Assembly: GCA_022605425.2 (NCBI GenBank)
Contig: CM061247.1
Span: forward strand, 1,426,001-1,490,000
DNA length: 64,000 nt
Reading direction: 5' to 3'
Source: Hamiltosporidium tvaerminnensis FI-OER-3-3
Taxonomy: Eukaryota > Fungi > Microsporidia
In this document: positions 50,801 to 64,000 of the stretch, piece by piece
How positions within the stretch are numbered: position 1 is the stretch's first letter
How the letters are laid out: every line of letters starts with the position of its first letter
Notes under the pieces: generated by a model
What the model was told of the DNA's origin: nothing
What the model saw: only the letters and a program-made list of their open reading frames with translations
Database searches by the model: none
Program-made: the position numbers and the translations under genes

Positions 50801-53800
50801 GAAAAATAAATATTTATAACCCTGTTATTATAAAGAATATGACAGAATTTAAAATAACAGTAGGATTATCAAATAATTATAATGATATATTAACACCCTT
50901 TAGTAATAGTACTATAATAACACCCTTTAATGATAGTTCTTTATTATTAAAAGGGTGTTATTTATTATTACAACCTTTTGGTTATAAACAAGGTAATAAA
51001 GGTGTTAATATTAGTAATATAAATAACACCCCTACTTCTATATATTTTACTTGTAATGATTATAGAGCTATGCATATGGTGTTAATAGTAGATGTTATAC
51101 AATATAAGTGTAGTGATAGTAATATAGGGTTTAGTATAGGGAGTGGTGATAGTAGTATGGGATTAGGTATAGGGAGTGGTGTTAGTAGTATGGGTGGTAA
51201 TAACACCCCTTTAAATAACAGTAGTGGTAATAACACCCCTTTAAATAACAGTACTGTCAATACCCCTTTAAATAACAGTAGTGGTAATAACACCCCTTTA
51301 AATAACATTAGTGGTAATACCCCTTTAAATAACAGTAGTGGTAACACCCCTTTAAACAAGAGTAGTATCAATACCCCTTTAACCACACACTCTAACAATA
51401 CCCTTTTCTATATCCTTATTTACCCTCTTTATTACCTTTATAACTCTACTCCTTACCCTTTAACTTTCTCTATAATTAACACCTCTCTTAACTGTTGTAC
51501 TTTATTAACACTATCACCTAACAATAACGTATCATTACCTTACTTTCATATAAATAACACTGCTTATATATCTACAATACAACAAGATAATAAAAGTAAT
51601 ATATTAACACATGATAAATATTATATTAATAATAATATAACATATGGTCTTTATTATGATAAGAAGGTGTTAAATATTAAAGGTAATAAAATATATTCTT
51701 TAATAACAGAAATAACAGTATACCCTTTATTTATATGTAATAATTATTTAAAGGTAGAGGTTAGTATAGGGGGTAATAGTATAAGGGGTGTTAGTAATAC
51801 TAGGGATAAGGTTAGTAGTGTAAAGGGTGTTAATAATAGTAGGGATATGGTAAGTAGTGTAAAGGGTGTTAGTAATACTAAGGATAAGGTTAGTAGTGTA
51901 AAGGGTGTTAGTAATACTAAGGATATATTAGAGGGTGTTAGTAATATAGTAGATATACAACAGGGTGTTAAAGATAACACCTATGATAACACTTATGATA
52001 ACACTGCCTGCTTTAATCTTGAGGATAGGAAGTGTAGTGTTAGGTGTATGGGGTTATCTAGTGATAGGTTAGATTTTGGTGTTCCTGAAATGTTATGTAT
52101 ATTAAGTGTAGGTAAGAGTAAGAGTAGGGAAAGGGTAATGGAGTATGAAAGGGTATTTAACATAGGTAAGGGTGATAAGGGTAATAAGGATATAAAGGGT
52201 GTTAGTAATATAGTAGATATACAACAGGGTGTTAAAGATAAGGGTACTAATATAAAGGGTGTTAATAGTAGTATAGATGATTATAAGGGTGTTAGTAACA
52301 GTACTAGTAAACAACAGGGTGTTAACATAAGTACTATTAAACAACAGGGTGTTAACAACCTATCTAATGAACAACAGGGTGTTAACATAAGTACTGACGT
52401 AAACAACAGGCTCTTAACAACAACAATATCAGTACTAATAAACAACACCCTCTTAACAACAACCCATCTAACAATAACAACAACAATACTAATAGTAATA
52501 TATTACCCCCCTTACTGACCTTTTACCTTTAAATAATAGATTGTATTTAACACCCTGTTATTTATCTCTTTCTATAGAAATGGTACCTGGTAAAGGTAAA
52601 TATTGTAAATCAAGAATAATAAATATAAGATATTCTAACATATTAAAGAATAACACCTGTTATTCTCTAATAATAATAAGTGAGAATTATGTAATGGATA
52701 TAGGGTGTTATTCTAGTAAAGAAATACATTTATATAAAAATAACGGGTTTTATATATTATTTAGAAAGAAAGTAAATAACACCCTTTTATCTTCTTATTG
52801 TTCATATGTTAGTGTTAAACCTGTTAGTGATTATATTAGAATAGAAGGGGTGTTATTTAAAGTAGAAGTTACTTTAGAGAATAAACAAAGGGTGTTAAGT
52901 ATTATAGAGGTTTATAATTATCCTTATTATATTGTTAATTGTAGTAAGAGTGTTATTTATTATAAACAGTGTGGTAGTAAAGAGGAATATACAGGGTGTT
53001 ATAATTATAGTGGGAGTGGTTATAGTAATGATGGTTATAGGGGTGTTAGTAATAGTAATGATGGTTATAGGGGTGTTAGTAATAGTGGAGAGGGGTATAG
53101 GGGTGTTAGTAATAGTGGAGATGGTTATAGGGGTGTTAGTGATGTGATACATAAACAACAGGGTGTTAGTGATAAGGATAGTAATATAAAGGGTGTTAAT
53201 ATAAGTACTAATGAACAACAGGGTGTTAGTGATAAGGATAGTAATATAAAGGGTGTTAATATAAGTACTAATGAACAACATGGTGTTAGTGATAAGGATA
53301 GTAATATAAAGGGTGTTAACAAAAGTACTAATGAACAACAGGGTGTTAACACCAATACTAATAGTAACCCTTCTACACAACACCCCTTTAATAACACCCC
53401 CTTTAATAACAACAATAACACCCCCAATAACAATAACAATACTCACTACCCCTTTATATTTACTGATTATTCACTTCCTCTTATATTAACACTACGTATT
53501 GGTAAGAAGGTGTTAAATTATACATTTAAACAAGATACTATAATAATAGAAGGGTTTTATTTACAATGTACTAAGATTAACACCTCTTATATATTAAGAA
53601 TAGTAGAAATTAATAGATTAGAGGTGTTAAATGATATAAATATTTGTAGTAATATAACAGTAGGTTATATTTATAAGGTGTTATTTGAACATATAGCAAT
53701 ATCTGTTGTTAGTGGTGTTAATGAAGTAATGTGTATACATTTAAAAGGTACAGAGATTAACCTTAAGAGTAGTAAGGAGTGTTATGTTAGTATTAATGAT

Positions 53801-56800
53801 AAGAGTGAGGTAGGGGGTGTTAATTATAAGGATAGTAGAAAGGGTGTTAATTATAAGAGTGAGTTAGGGGGTGTTAGTGATAGTAAGGATATTAAATTGG
53901 AGGGTGTTAATGATAAGAGTAATAAATTAGAGGGTGTTAGTAATAAGGATAATAAATTAGAGGGTGTTATTAATAGTAAGGAACAACACCCTCTTAACAA
54001 CAACAATATCAGTACTAATAAACAACACCCTCTATAATATCAGTACTAATAAACAACACCCTCTTAACAACAACAATATCAGTACTAATAAACAACACCC
54101 TCTTAACAACAACACTCTTAATAACACCCCTATTACTGATACACACTGTTGTCTTGATATAAGTGTTATTTCTATACAAATAGATAATCAAACATTAGAA
54201 TGTGTTTATCCTATAATATTTTACCCTGTTAATATAAAACAAAGATTTTTTAGTGAATCTAAAGATAAAAGAAAGTTTTTAAGTTTAAGTATTGGTTTTT
54301 ACTTAGAAAGTATAATAAGGTATTTAACAGGTGATAATAATAGTAGTAGGGATGTAGAGGGTGTTAGTAATAGGGATAGTAAACAACAGGGTGTTAACAA
54401 TCTATATGATAATCAACAGGGTGTTAGCAATCTATATGATAAACAACAGGGTGTTAGTAATAAGGATAGTAATCAACAGGGTGTTAACAATCTATATGAT
54501 AATCAACAGGGTGTTAGTAATAAGGATAGTAATCAACAGGGTGTTAACAATCTATCTGATACTTATAACCCTCTTAACAACAATACTAATACTTATCACC
54601 CTCTTAATAACAGTACAGATAAACAAAACCCTCTTAATAACAGTACAGATAATTATAACCCTCTTAATAGCAGTACTAATACTTATAACCCTCTTAATAA
54701 CAGTACAGATAAACAACACCCTCTTAATAACAGTACTAATACTTATAACCCTCTTAATAACAGTACTAATACTTATAACCCTCTTAATAACAGTACTAAT
54801 ACTTATAACCCTCTTAATAACCCTAATAATACTTATAACCCTAATACCCCTCCCCATTTTACTTATATTATATTCTTATTACAAGAATTCGTTCTTAATT
54901 TAGAAGAAGATATTCTTACAAAATTAATAACCTTTATACCAACCTATAGAAATAACACTAACTATTCATATTTATTATGTAACAACTGTAACAAGAATGA
55001 ATGTATATGTTACACATATAATCTTTATAACTCGTATAAGGATACTGATACTAAGTATACTAATACTAATAACCAATATACTAATAACCAATATACTAAC
55101 CAACAACACTACCAACAACACTACCAACAACACTACCAACAACCATACCACCCCCATCAATACAATAATATCACTATTGATACTCTTCACTTACACCCTC
55201 TTAAACTCCGCTTCTCTTTTCTTAAGTCTACTAAGAACCATTTTATTTCTTATTTACTTTCTTTTATTTTACAAAATATTTCTTCTTTAAAATTAAAATT
55301 TAATACTTTTTTAATTACAAATATAAAAGATTATAAGATATTAATAGAATTAATAATAAATTCTTATAAAATAGGATTAATAAGTCAAATGTATAAAATA
55401 TTTGGAAGTTTAGATTTTTTAGGTAATTTAAGTTCTTTAGTAGATAGTTTTAGTTTAGGGGTACATGATTTATTTTATGAACCTTATAATGTATTAAGTA
55501 ATTCTAATAGTAATTCTATAGATTTTAGTATTGGGATATTACGAGGGGGTAAATCTTTTATAAAAAATACTTTAAGTGGTGTTAGTAATACTGTTAGTAG
55601 AGTTACTTCTTCTATTTCTAAAGGGGTTAGTTTAGTATCTTTAGATAAAGATTTTAATGAAAAAATGAATTTAAGTAATAATTTAATATTTTATTTGGAT
55701 GATGAGTTGTTATTTCCTGATAAATTGGTATTTACTAATAAGTATGATAGGTTTGTTGAGTCTTGTGTTAGTGGGGTGAGGGGTATTGTTGAGAAACCAA
55801 TGGAGGGGTTTAAAAAAGGGTTTAGGGGGTTTCTTGTGGGGGTGGGGAAAGGTATTGTGGGGGCTGTGGCTAAACCGGTGGCTGGTATTAGTGATTTGGC
55901 TTGTAGTGTTAGTGAGGGTGTTAGGGATAGGGTTAGTGGTGGGGAGGTAGTAAGGATACAGTACACTAGGGTGGTAGGTATAAGGGTAATAGGGGTAGGT
56001 GGGTATGGGATGGAGATAGGGGAGTATGGGATAGGAGAGTATGAGGGTAGTAAGTTAGAGGGTGTTAGTGATAAGGGTAGTAAGTTAAAGGGTGTTAGTG
56101 ATAAGGGTAGTAGGTTAGAGGGTGTTATTGATAAGGGGGGTTGGGGTGTTGTAATAGGGTTAGTAGTTAGAGGGTGTTAGTGATAAGGGTAGTAGGTTAG
56201 AGGGTGTTAGTGATAAGGGTAGTAGGTTAGAGGGTGTTATTGATAAGGGGGAGTATGAGGGTGTTAGTGATAAGGGTAGTAAGTTAAAGGGTGTTAGTGA
56301 TAAGGGGGAGTATGAGGGTGTTAGTAATAGGGTAGTAAGTTAAAGGGTGTTAGTGATAAGGGTAGTAAGTTAGAGGGTGTTAGTGATAAGGGTAGTAAGT
56401 TAGAGGGTGTTAGTGATAAGGGGGAGTATGAGGGTGTTAGTAATAAGGGTAGTAAGTTAGAGGGTGTTAGTGATAAGGGGGAGTATGAGGGTGTTAGTAA
56501 TAGGGATAGTAGATTAGAGGGTGTTAGTGATAGTACTAGTAGATTAGAGGGTGTTAATAATAGTACTAGTAATTATCACCCTGTTAACAACCTATCCAAT
56601 AATATAACTGATAATCCCTATAACACTAATGCTATTCTTGGTCTACCTGCTGGTTTTAAGGTGGTGGAGAGAGATACGTTATATGACTTAGATAGGAGTA
56701 AGTCATATTACATATTCAATAAATATATAAAAGAAGGATATTTTATTGATGGGTGTGTAGGTGTTATAGGACTAGAAAGTATAATGGTTATATTAATAAG

Positions 56801-56984
56801 AGAAGGTGTTGTTTTAAGTGGTAAGGAGTGTTTTTGTATGGTTGAATGGAAAGATGTAAGAATTGAAGGGAATTCTTTTTATGTGGGAAAGGTTTGTGTT
56901 GTTGTGTATAAAAGGGGGTTTATAAGTAAGATGGTGGTGGTAAAGGGGGATAGAAGGGGTATATTAGAGGGTGGTAGAGGATAG
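41840..56984 (+). CDS. VPS13: VPS13 lipid-transfer protein, expanded by ~20 low-complexity inserts and split into ~9 ORFs by indels in this assembly
   Basis: Chorein-N start (MFKS...LGNYIENLNRKQLKIGIWNGKV); conserved C-terminal QIDNQ, GSLDFLGN...GVHDLFYEP and KPMEG..GF..GVGKG..G.V.KP; a short final segment ends at 56984. Confidence 0.88.
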
Positions 56985-57152
56985 TAGGGGGTATAAGGGG
57001 GTGTTATTAGAGGGTGGTATTGGGTGTTAATAATAGTACTAGTAATTATTACCCTCTTAATTATCTTTTACTCTTCTCTACTGATAAATAAAGGAATTTC
57101 ATGTTATTCTTTAAAAAAATATAATTTTTAAATATAAAATAAATTTGAGTAC

Positions 57153-57874
57153 TTTATTTAAAAATATCACATCTTTTTAAATAGTGGCAAGTGTTATATT
57201 TGGTTTCATGACATTAACGCAGTTCTAGGGTTAACATAAATAACTGCTACCCCAAAACTCCATCAGTAACCCCTGCGATACCTACGTCCCAAAGCCTTTC
57301 ATCTACCAGGTGTGTAGAACCTAATTACTAGGCGAAGCAGTTGCCCGGAGTTCGTTAATGTCCGTTGCATGGAGTGTGATCGAAGGCCGAAGCCGTACCT
57401 GGGCTCCCCAGACTATGCAGCATTCCCACTTATTTTACACTTCCTGAATCAGTAAACTTCTAGCCAAGATATATTTCAGAAATTTACATGGAGTCCCCCT
57501 GGACAGTGCAATATCATACCAACATGTATAACCTGCTATTTAGCTCTCCCGGATTTTAATGGTTTTTGTTTTATATCTCCCAGGCGCTAAGTCTTCTAAC
57601 CCGAGTGAGCAAGGCTAGGTTTCCATGCTTTTACATGGCAATTACCTACATGTTTGGCTGCGGTCTTTGATCCAGTTACATAAAAAACTACAAATAAATT
57701 TGTAGAAAAAGTTTCGCCTTTTCGTAGACATCTTCTCCTCATAACAACTCCCAAGGAACAACCGAAGGTGTAGTGTGGTTTTATTCCCACCAAAAATCTA
57801 AACAACGATCTCACACCAGTTTCACACACTCATTGCCAAGGAGAAAGTTTTTTATGTGGTTATCCTCCCTCCAC
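57153..57874 (-). mobile_element. ~730 bp SINE-like element, copy F (subfamily 1)
   Basis: High identity to copies D and E; ends TTTTTAAATAAA; no TSD recognised. Confidence 0.9.
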
Positions 57875-57899
57875 TAATATAATTTAATAGTAAGAATAA

Positions 57900-60800
57900 A
57901 TAGTAATATAAGAATTGGGGTTTTCAAAAATGGGTAGAAGAAAAAAAGTTGACAGCGAAAATATAAAAAATGATGAAATAAATGCTGTAAACAACTCGGA
58001 AATAAGTTTAAAAGAGACAAAAACGTGTGATAGAGATGTAGTAACTATATCCGGGACGCTTCCACCACAACCACCATCTATAATAACACCCACTCTCCAT
58101 CGAGCAATACGCGTCAGGCTACTCCAATCAGCCTGCTCGATTCCGCACTTCCTTCTTCCTGTCCCGATTCGTCTGCGCGTAGACCAGCCAACACAATGGA
58201 AAACCTCAATGCCCCAGTCAATAAAGCAGGAAAACGACTGATTGTATTGCATTCAATACTTGACTCTGTCACAGCCGTAGAGCAGGAATGGCCTAGATCT
58301 GCTATATCAGCAGTGCAAAAAAGGTTTGAGAAAAGGCCTAGAAATGGCTGGTCTGCAATTCTTAGGTACTATAATTGGAAATTTGTTCGAACTGTTGATA
58401 TCGATGTGTTAAAAAAATTAAAAAATAATGAGGCAGAAAGGGCAATACGGCAAGAAGCGAATGAAGAGCGACGTAGAATCGCCACTTGTCTCGCCGAGCC
58501 TTGTTCCTTAACTGACACTACACTCTATATCAACCTGAGAGAAAAGTTTGTGCAAAATCAAGAAACTATCGGAGAAGGAAATCGGAGATGTAGTGTTCCG
58601 AACTAGAAAACTTCCAAGTGAATTGGTTGATAGTAAAGTTTTGGAACTCATAAATCGGATCACAGGTGAATATGCTGAATTTTATGTGCCTAAGAATGTT
58701 AGTGATGCAGCTCGAATCATCCAAGCGGCTCAGGTATGCTATGACGAGGAAACGCGTAAGGAGAAGCCTAGATCTGCTTGGAAGGAAAATATAGAAAGTA
58801 AAATTTCTAAGTTAGTACTTTTCAAAGATCTCCTCGTGAAGGCTCGCAAGCAGGAAAAGCTCTCTACTTCGGAAACGAAAAGTCTCAGAAAAATTATGCG
58901 AGAGTTTAATTTAGACTTAAGCAAAATAAATGATCTCTCTGAGGCTTTGGTTAAGAAGAATGAGGCCTTGAATGTGTACGAGAAAAAAATTACGATGTAT
59001 GAAAGTAGGAGAAAATTTCGAAAAGAGAATCGTATGTTTGAGTTATTCCGAGGTCGATTCTATCGAGGGTTATCTGAGCGCGTTGAATCCGAGCATGTGG
59101 TTTATCGTGACGAAATTTCAGAATTTTGGTCTACAATGTGGAATAAAAATGATAAAGTAGTTACATATGATGAGTATTTGATACCTTTCGTGTCAGATAC
59201 GCAACAGACCACGTTTCCTTCATTTGAAGAGTTTATAGATATCATCAATTGGCTGCCTAACTGGAAAGCCGCTCGAATTGATGGTATTTATAACTTTTAC
59301 ATCAAGAAACCTACGAGCCTTCATAAATATCTTTACGATATTGTGAAAGCCATATGTTTAGAAAGAACGCCTCAAGCCAATTAATATTATTATCGACTTA
59401 CTTATCTGATACCTAAAGGTAAACCAAATACTGGTTCTGATTACAAGCCAATAACCTCTATGTCAAACCTGTATAAACTGACAACAAAATGTGTTACTAA
59501 AGTGGTTCAGGTTGAGGTGGAAAGACGAGGATTATTTTCAGATAATCAGTTGGGGCCGGTTAGAGGAGTGCAAAGAGCGAAAGAACAGGCCCTTTTAAAT
59601 GCTGCCATTAATAAGGAGTACGGAAAAAATCTTAAGGCAACATGGATTGATGTAAAAAAAGCTTATGATTCAATAGATCATGCTTATTTGACTCAATGCA
59701 TTGAAAACCTTCATTTACCTGATTGGATCCTGGAATTTATTAAGGTAATTATATCAAAATGAAAAATTGATATATCAGTAGCGCCTGAAAAAATCATGAG
59801 CAAGAAGATTGATAGAGGGATTCTGCAAGGAGATAGTTTGTCACCATTATTGTTTGTGTTGTGTATGGATCCATTGAGCCGAAAGCTTAATGAGAAATAC
59901 ACAAAAGTGACAATAAAGACAGATGCAGAATCCCACGCGATTAATCATCTCTTGTTTATTGATGATCTTAAGCTCCTTGCCGAAGATGGACAAACATTGG
60001 AAGAAATGACGGAGGAGGTTAAAAAGTTTATGAATAATATAGGATTGGAAATTAACAAAGAGAATTCAGCCACTAATGATCCATGTTGTGAAGATACTGC
60101 TACTCTTCTCGAAGGAATGGGAGTTTATAAATACCTTGGAATTATAGAAGACAGCAGAGGAATTCCAACAAGTAAGTCGTTTGAGGAAGTACAGACCAAA
60201 CTTATAGCACGAGTAGAAAGACTTTGTCGCACGAGATTAAATGCAAGAAATTTATTTCAAGCCATTTATCAACATGCAATTTCTTTACTAAACTATCATA
60301 TAGGTGTACTTCGACTAGAACCGGCTGACTTCTCTAAGTTAGATGATGCAGTGCGTGCAGTGTTAGTAAAGAACAAAATACACCTACGCCCAGGATGCAA
60401 AGAACGTCTATACCTTCCACGTAAAGAACTTGGAAGAGGTTTACATAGTGTCGAGTTCAAAAGCGAACATATGCTTTTGCAACTCTTGGATTGTCTGGAA
60501 AAACATAAAGATACATCGAATAGAAGAGCAGCAATCCTAAAGGTTGAGAATAATAATAAAACCCACCTTTCACTAATTAAAAATTTTTTAAAAATAAAAT
60601 ACGGGTTGGAAGAGGAAGTCACAAAAAAGAAATTGGAAGAAGCTCAACTAGCTAACCTATATAACGAAATCAAAAACCGAAAACTACATTCAAAGTTATA
60701 TAGCGCTAGAAATAACGAGCTGGTAAGTGTAAATGACTCCTCAAGATGGTTAAAGAAAGGAAGTGTAAGACCACGTGATGAAGCAGTGTTCTGTTATATC

Positions 60801-61712
60801 CAGGATAGAAATGTATTCTGGGGTGCAGAAGGTATGTGTCAACACTGCAACCAGTCTAGGAAAACTGTTGATCACTTAGCAACGAGATGTGAAAAAATGC
60901 TTGGTCATGACTATACTAGACGACATAATGAAGTGGTACGATGTATACATTTACTCTTGCTGAATAAATATAAGTTTATGTCTTCGAAACGAACATGAAG
61001 CCACTCAGTTCAAGAAATTCTTGATAACGAATATGCAGAGATAAGAGTGGACACCAGAATAAAAACTGATGTCAAGATCCGGTGTAACAGACCAGATATA
61101 TTTATTTTAGACAAGAGACAGAATAGGATAACCCTCATTGAAGTAGGAATCACATCCCAAGACTCTCTTCAAATAGTTGAAACAGAGAAGCTTAGGAAGT
61201 ATGACCTATTAGCAAATGAGTTAGGTCTTATTTATAAATGCAATGTAGAGATAATTTCTTATGTGATGACCTGGGACGGTATTGTGACAAAATACCATAA
61301 GACGTATGTTAAGAGACTGCAAATACCCATGAATGTAGAGGCATATATACAATCCATAGTACTCAAGAAGACAGTCGAAACAATTTCTTTTGATCGACGA
61401 AGAGGACTTGAGTCTGGTCCAAATGCCGAGGAGAGCTGGGAGAGAGCATCATTAAGTGTTATTTTACGAGCTGAGATGCATAAACAACTAATACCCCCTT
61501 TAAAGCAAGTAGACAACGAGGAAGATGATGTTAAAAAGGAAAATACAAAAAATATTTTACCCCTTATTTTCGATGGTATAACCACAGCAAAGGAACCAAA
61601 AACTAATACAAATGAAGAGTTGGAGTTGGAGGAAGAGATAGAAGTGGTTGAAATGGTGGAAAGAATTATTTAGAAAGAGAAAAATTTGTTAACCCAGAAT
61701 TTTATTAAATAA
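57900..61712 (+). mobile_element. Full-length R4-like non-LTR retrotransposon (N-terminal domain, RT, CCHC, RLE), disabled by stops and frameshifts
   Basis: ATG at 57930; RT motifs WIDVKKAYDS, GILQGDSLSPLLF, LFIDDLKL, YKYLG; CQHC..HLATRC; RHNEVV, RPD, IEV, K..KY; stops ending at 59384, 59762 and 60998; 3' tail aacccagaattttattaaataa. Confidence 0.93.
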
Positions 61713-64000
61713 GTTATTGTAGTATTCTACCATATAATTTTGGGTTATTGAATTCCCTTATAAAATATAAAATTATATTTTATTAAAACCCTATAATGGA
61801 AGAATAGAAACCGAAGAAGTGGAATAATAATTTAAATAAATCTTTCGTTGATCAAGCGAATCTTTAGTTTTACGGGTTAACAAACTCTTTTATTCAAATA
61901 ATAGAGCCTGTCTCATCAAATATACCTTTTATCTGGGTGTCGTCTCGAGTGAGGTTACGACAGTAATTTAAAAGACTTACTATACTGTATCTATACATCT
62001 TATAGTAATTGATATTTAATAAATTTTTTTTGGGATTCAAGTTTATAGGTAAAATTATTGACTTTCTAGGTTTATATATTGTAAATTAGATTATTATTGT
62101 ATTGGCTTATGTGTAATATAGGTTGGTACTTATTTAAATAAGGTGAGCTTAGATACATTACTCTGAAACAAGAAATTGGAATTTCTTGCTTTAATATTAC
62201 ACATTAAATTGTGTGTTTTTAAATGGTGAATCTTTGTTTTTTTTGGTACGAACGAACTTTAACCCTTTATCACTGTGGGATTGATATATAGAGTTTACTA
62301 TTTGAGAAGAAATGATTATTTAAATAATTAAAAAGTTTGCTGATTGTTTTTTAGTGTAAATCTTAGTGTGAGGAGAAAGCGTAAATGTTTAAGTTTCTTT
62401 TTTCTTTAGTTTTTTTGGAACTATTTGGGTGTGTGGTAACAGTACTGTTGTTTTTTTTTGAATTTGGCATTGAAAATTGAGGTGGTTTGGTATTTTTCAT
62501 AAGTTTTTTAACAAAAAATATGTGGTTTACTTGTTGAGATGGATTGATGCTTCGAAAGGAAGTGACAACTTTTTGGTTTATAATTCTAAAAAAGAATGAA
62601 TTTTGTGATTGATACATGCTTTTAATAATTCTGTTTGGTGATTTACAACTTAGTCTTGATTTATAATAGTACAGTTTTACTTATAATGTTGTTGTTTTAT
62701 TTCTTCATTTTACTTTTGGTTTTTGAAATCTGTATTTTTAAATTATTGTTTTTTTTTCTAAGGATGATGGTAAATAGCACGTGCACTGAGTCACTGTGGT
62801 TCTTTATCAATTAAAAAGATATTTTAGAGAATGTTTTGTGTTTAATTATATTTGTTTGATGAAGATTTGATAATTAGTAAAAATCGGTAATATATTTTCA
62901 TACCAGGTTTGATACTTATATTTGTTTTGTGAAACGTTTGAAGAATGCATCAGTTTATATTTAAAGATATATATTTGTTTTCGAAGTAATTTTTTTACAT
63001 TCGAAATAAAATCGAGGATTTAAAGTTTCTATTTAAGTTATTAATTGGCGTTGAACTTGGAATAAATCGTAGAATTTACAAAATCTCTAAGTAATAATTT
63101 CATGTACTCAAATCCTAGTAGATTTATTCTCATATCTTTTAGTCTATGACTAAGCACTTCCAATACGTTTTAGTGGCTTTGTCTTTTTTAATAACTTTAC
63201 ATCTTTACAAGACTCTTCATTCCAGAATTTACAATTATATTACATCCTATGTTTTACTGGCTTGTAAATTCAAATATAAGTAAATTAAAATTTAAAAGTG
63301 TTTCCACGATTATAGAATACTGAGAAAGAGGAGAGTTTAAGATTTTAAATCCTTTTCATCTCTTAAATCTTACCTTTATTTAATAATCTTGCTTAAACCA
63401 GTATAACCTCTCCTTTATTTACTTCTATATTACCACCTTTTAACTTATTAATCTTTTTATTCACACTCTTTTATTTACTACTAAGTGTAGTAACACCCTT
63501 TAGTTTACAAATGATTGTAGTAACACCCTTTAATTTTGAAGTAATAAATTGTTACTTTTGTATCAGTATACGCCTATTAACACTTTTTAATAAAAATCCA
63601 TCACAAGCCTCTTCAGTAAAAATACCTTTACATAGTAAATAGCATTACGATCTATTATGAATTCTAGTCTCATTTACTATCAACTTTCAACTTTCAAGAT
63701 CAAGGGATTTGCATATCATTAGTCTATACTAAGAAGCAAGTGTCTCTAAACTTTTAGTTCGCGAGTTCACATTGATTTCTATAAAGAGTCTCGATGGAAG
63801 AGAACTCATTATATTTTATACGAAGTAGTGAAAAGTATTTTCAAATGTTTAATTTTAATACTTGAATTGAATGTTTCATATAAATATAAAAATGATTTAA
63901 AAGTACTTTAACAATATTTTTAAAGAAATTATTTAAATATATTATGGAATTCTATATAAAACATATGGCCGTGCAATTAAATCACATTCATATTTTTCTC

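Noticed and set aside
41887-55966. Many antisense and off-frame ORFs (LLTGCC, INRVL, NNTLL repeats)
   Set aside because: Shadow frames of the stop-poor repeat tracts in VPS13.
57875-61730. TSD for the full-length LINE, or a composite SINE F + LINE element
   Set aside because: No direct repeat found flanking either unit.

Overview
Very AT-rich, gene-sparse, intron-poor eukaryotic DNA. CCC motifs directly upstream of start codons, divergent fungal-type genes and GVSD/QHPVNN low-complexity inserts point to a large-genome microsporidian, Hamiltosporidium-like (inference). Host genes: Sec8-like, Prp17/CDC40-like WD40, an orphan 7TM protein, a transcriptional-type cyclin, Tah18/NDOR1, an orphan membrane protein, IMP3, a ~15 kb frameshift-broken VPS13, and three paralogous signal-peptide Ser/Thr kinases (one intact, one frameshifted, one pseudogene). 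Mobile DNA: several copies of an R4-like RT+RLE non-LTR retrotransposon, a small hAT-type MITE, and six copies of an unrecognised ~730 bp non-coding element. Two candidate novel systems stand out. (1) The ~730 nt element has target-site duplications, cUUCGg hairpins, long-range stems and a possible pseudoknot, and ends in the same TTAAATAAA as the LINE. It looks like a structured-RNA SINE mobilised by the R4-like LINE. (2) About 20 repeat inserts in and around VPS13 almost always run GGGTGTT units first, then reverse-complement AACACCC units. This head-to-head, telomere-fusion-like polarity is built on an AACA-NNN-TGTT palindrome. All alignments and base pairings were done by eye, and the boundaries of decayed elements are approximate.
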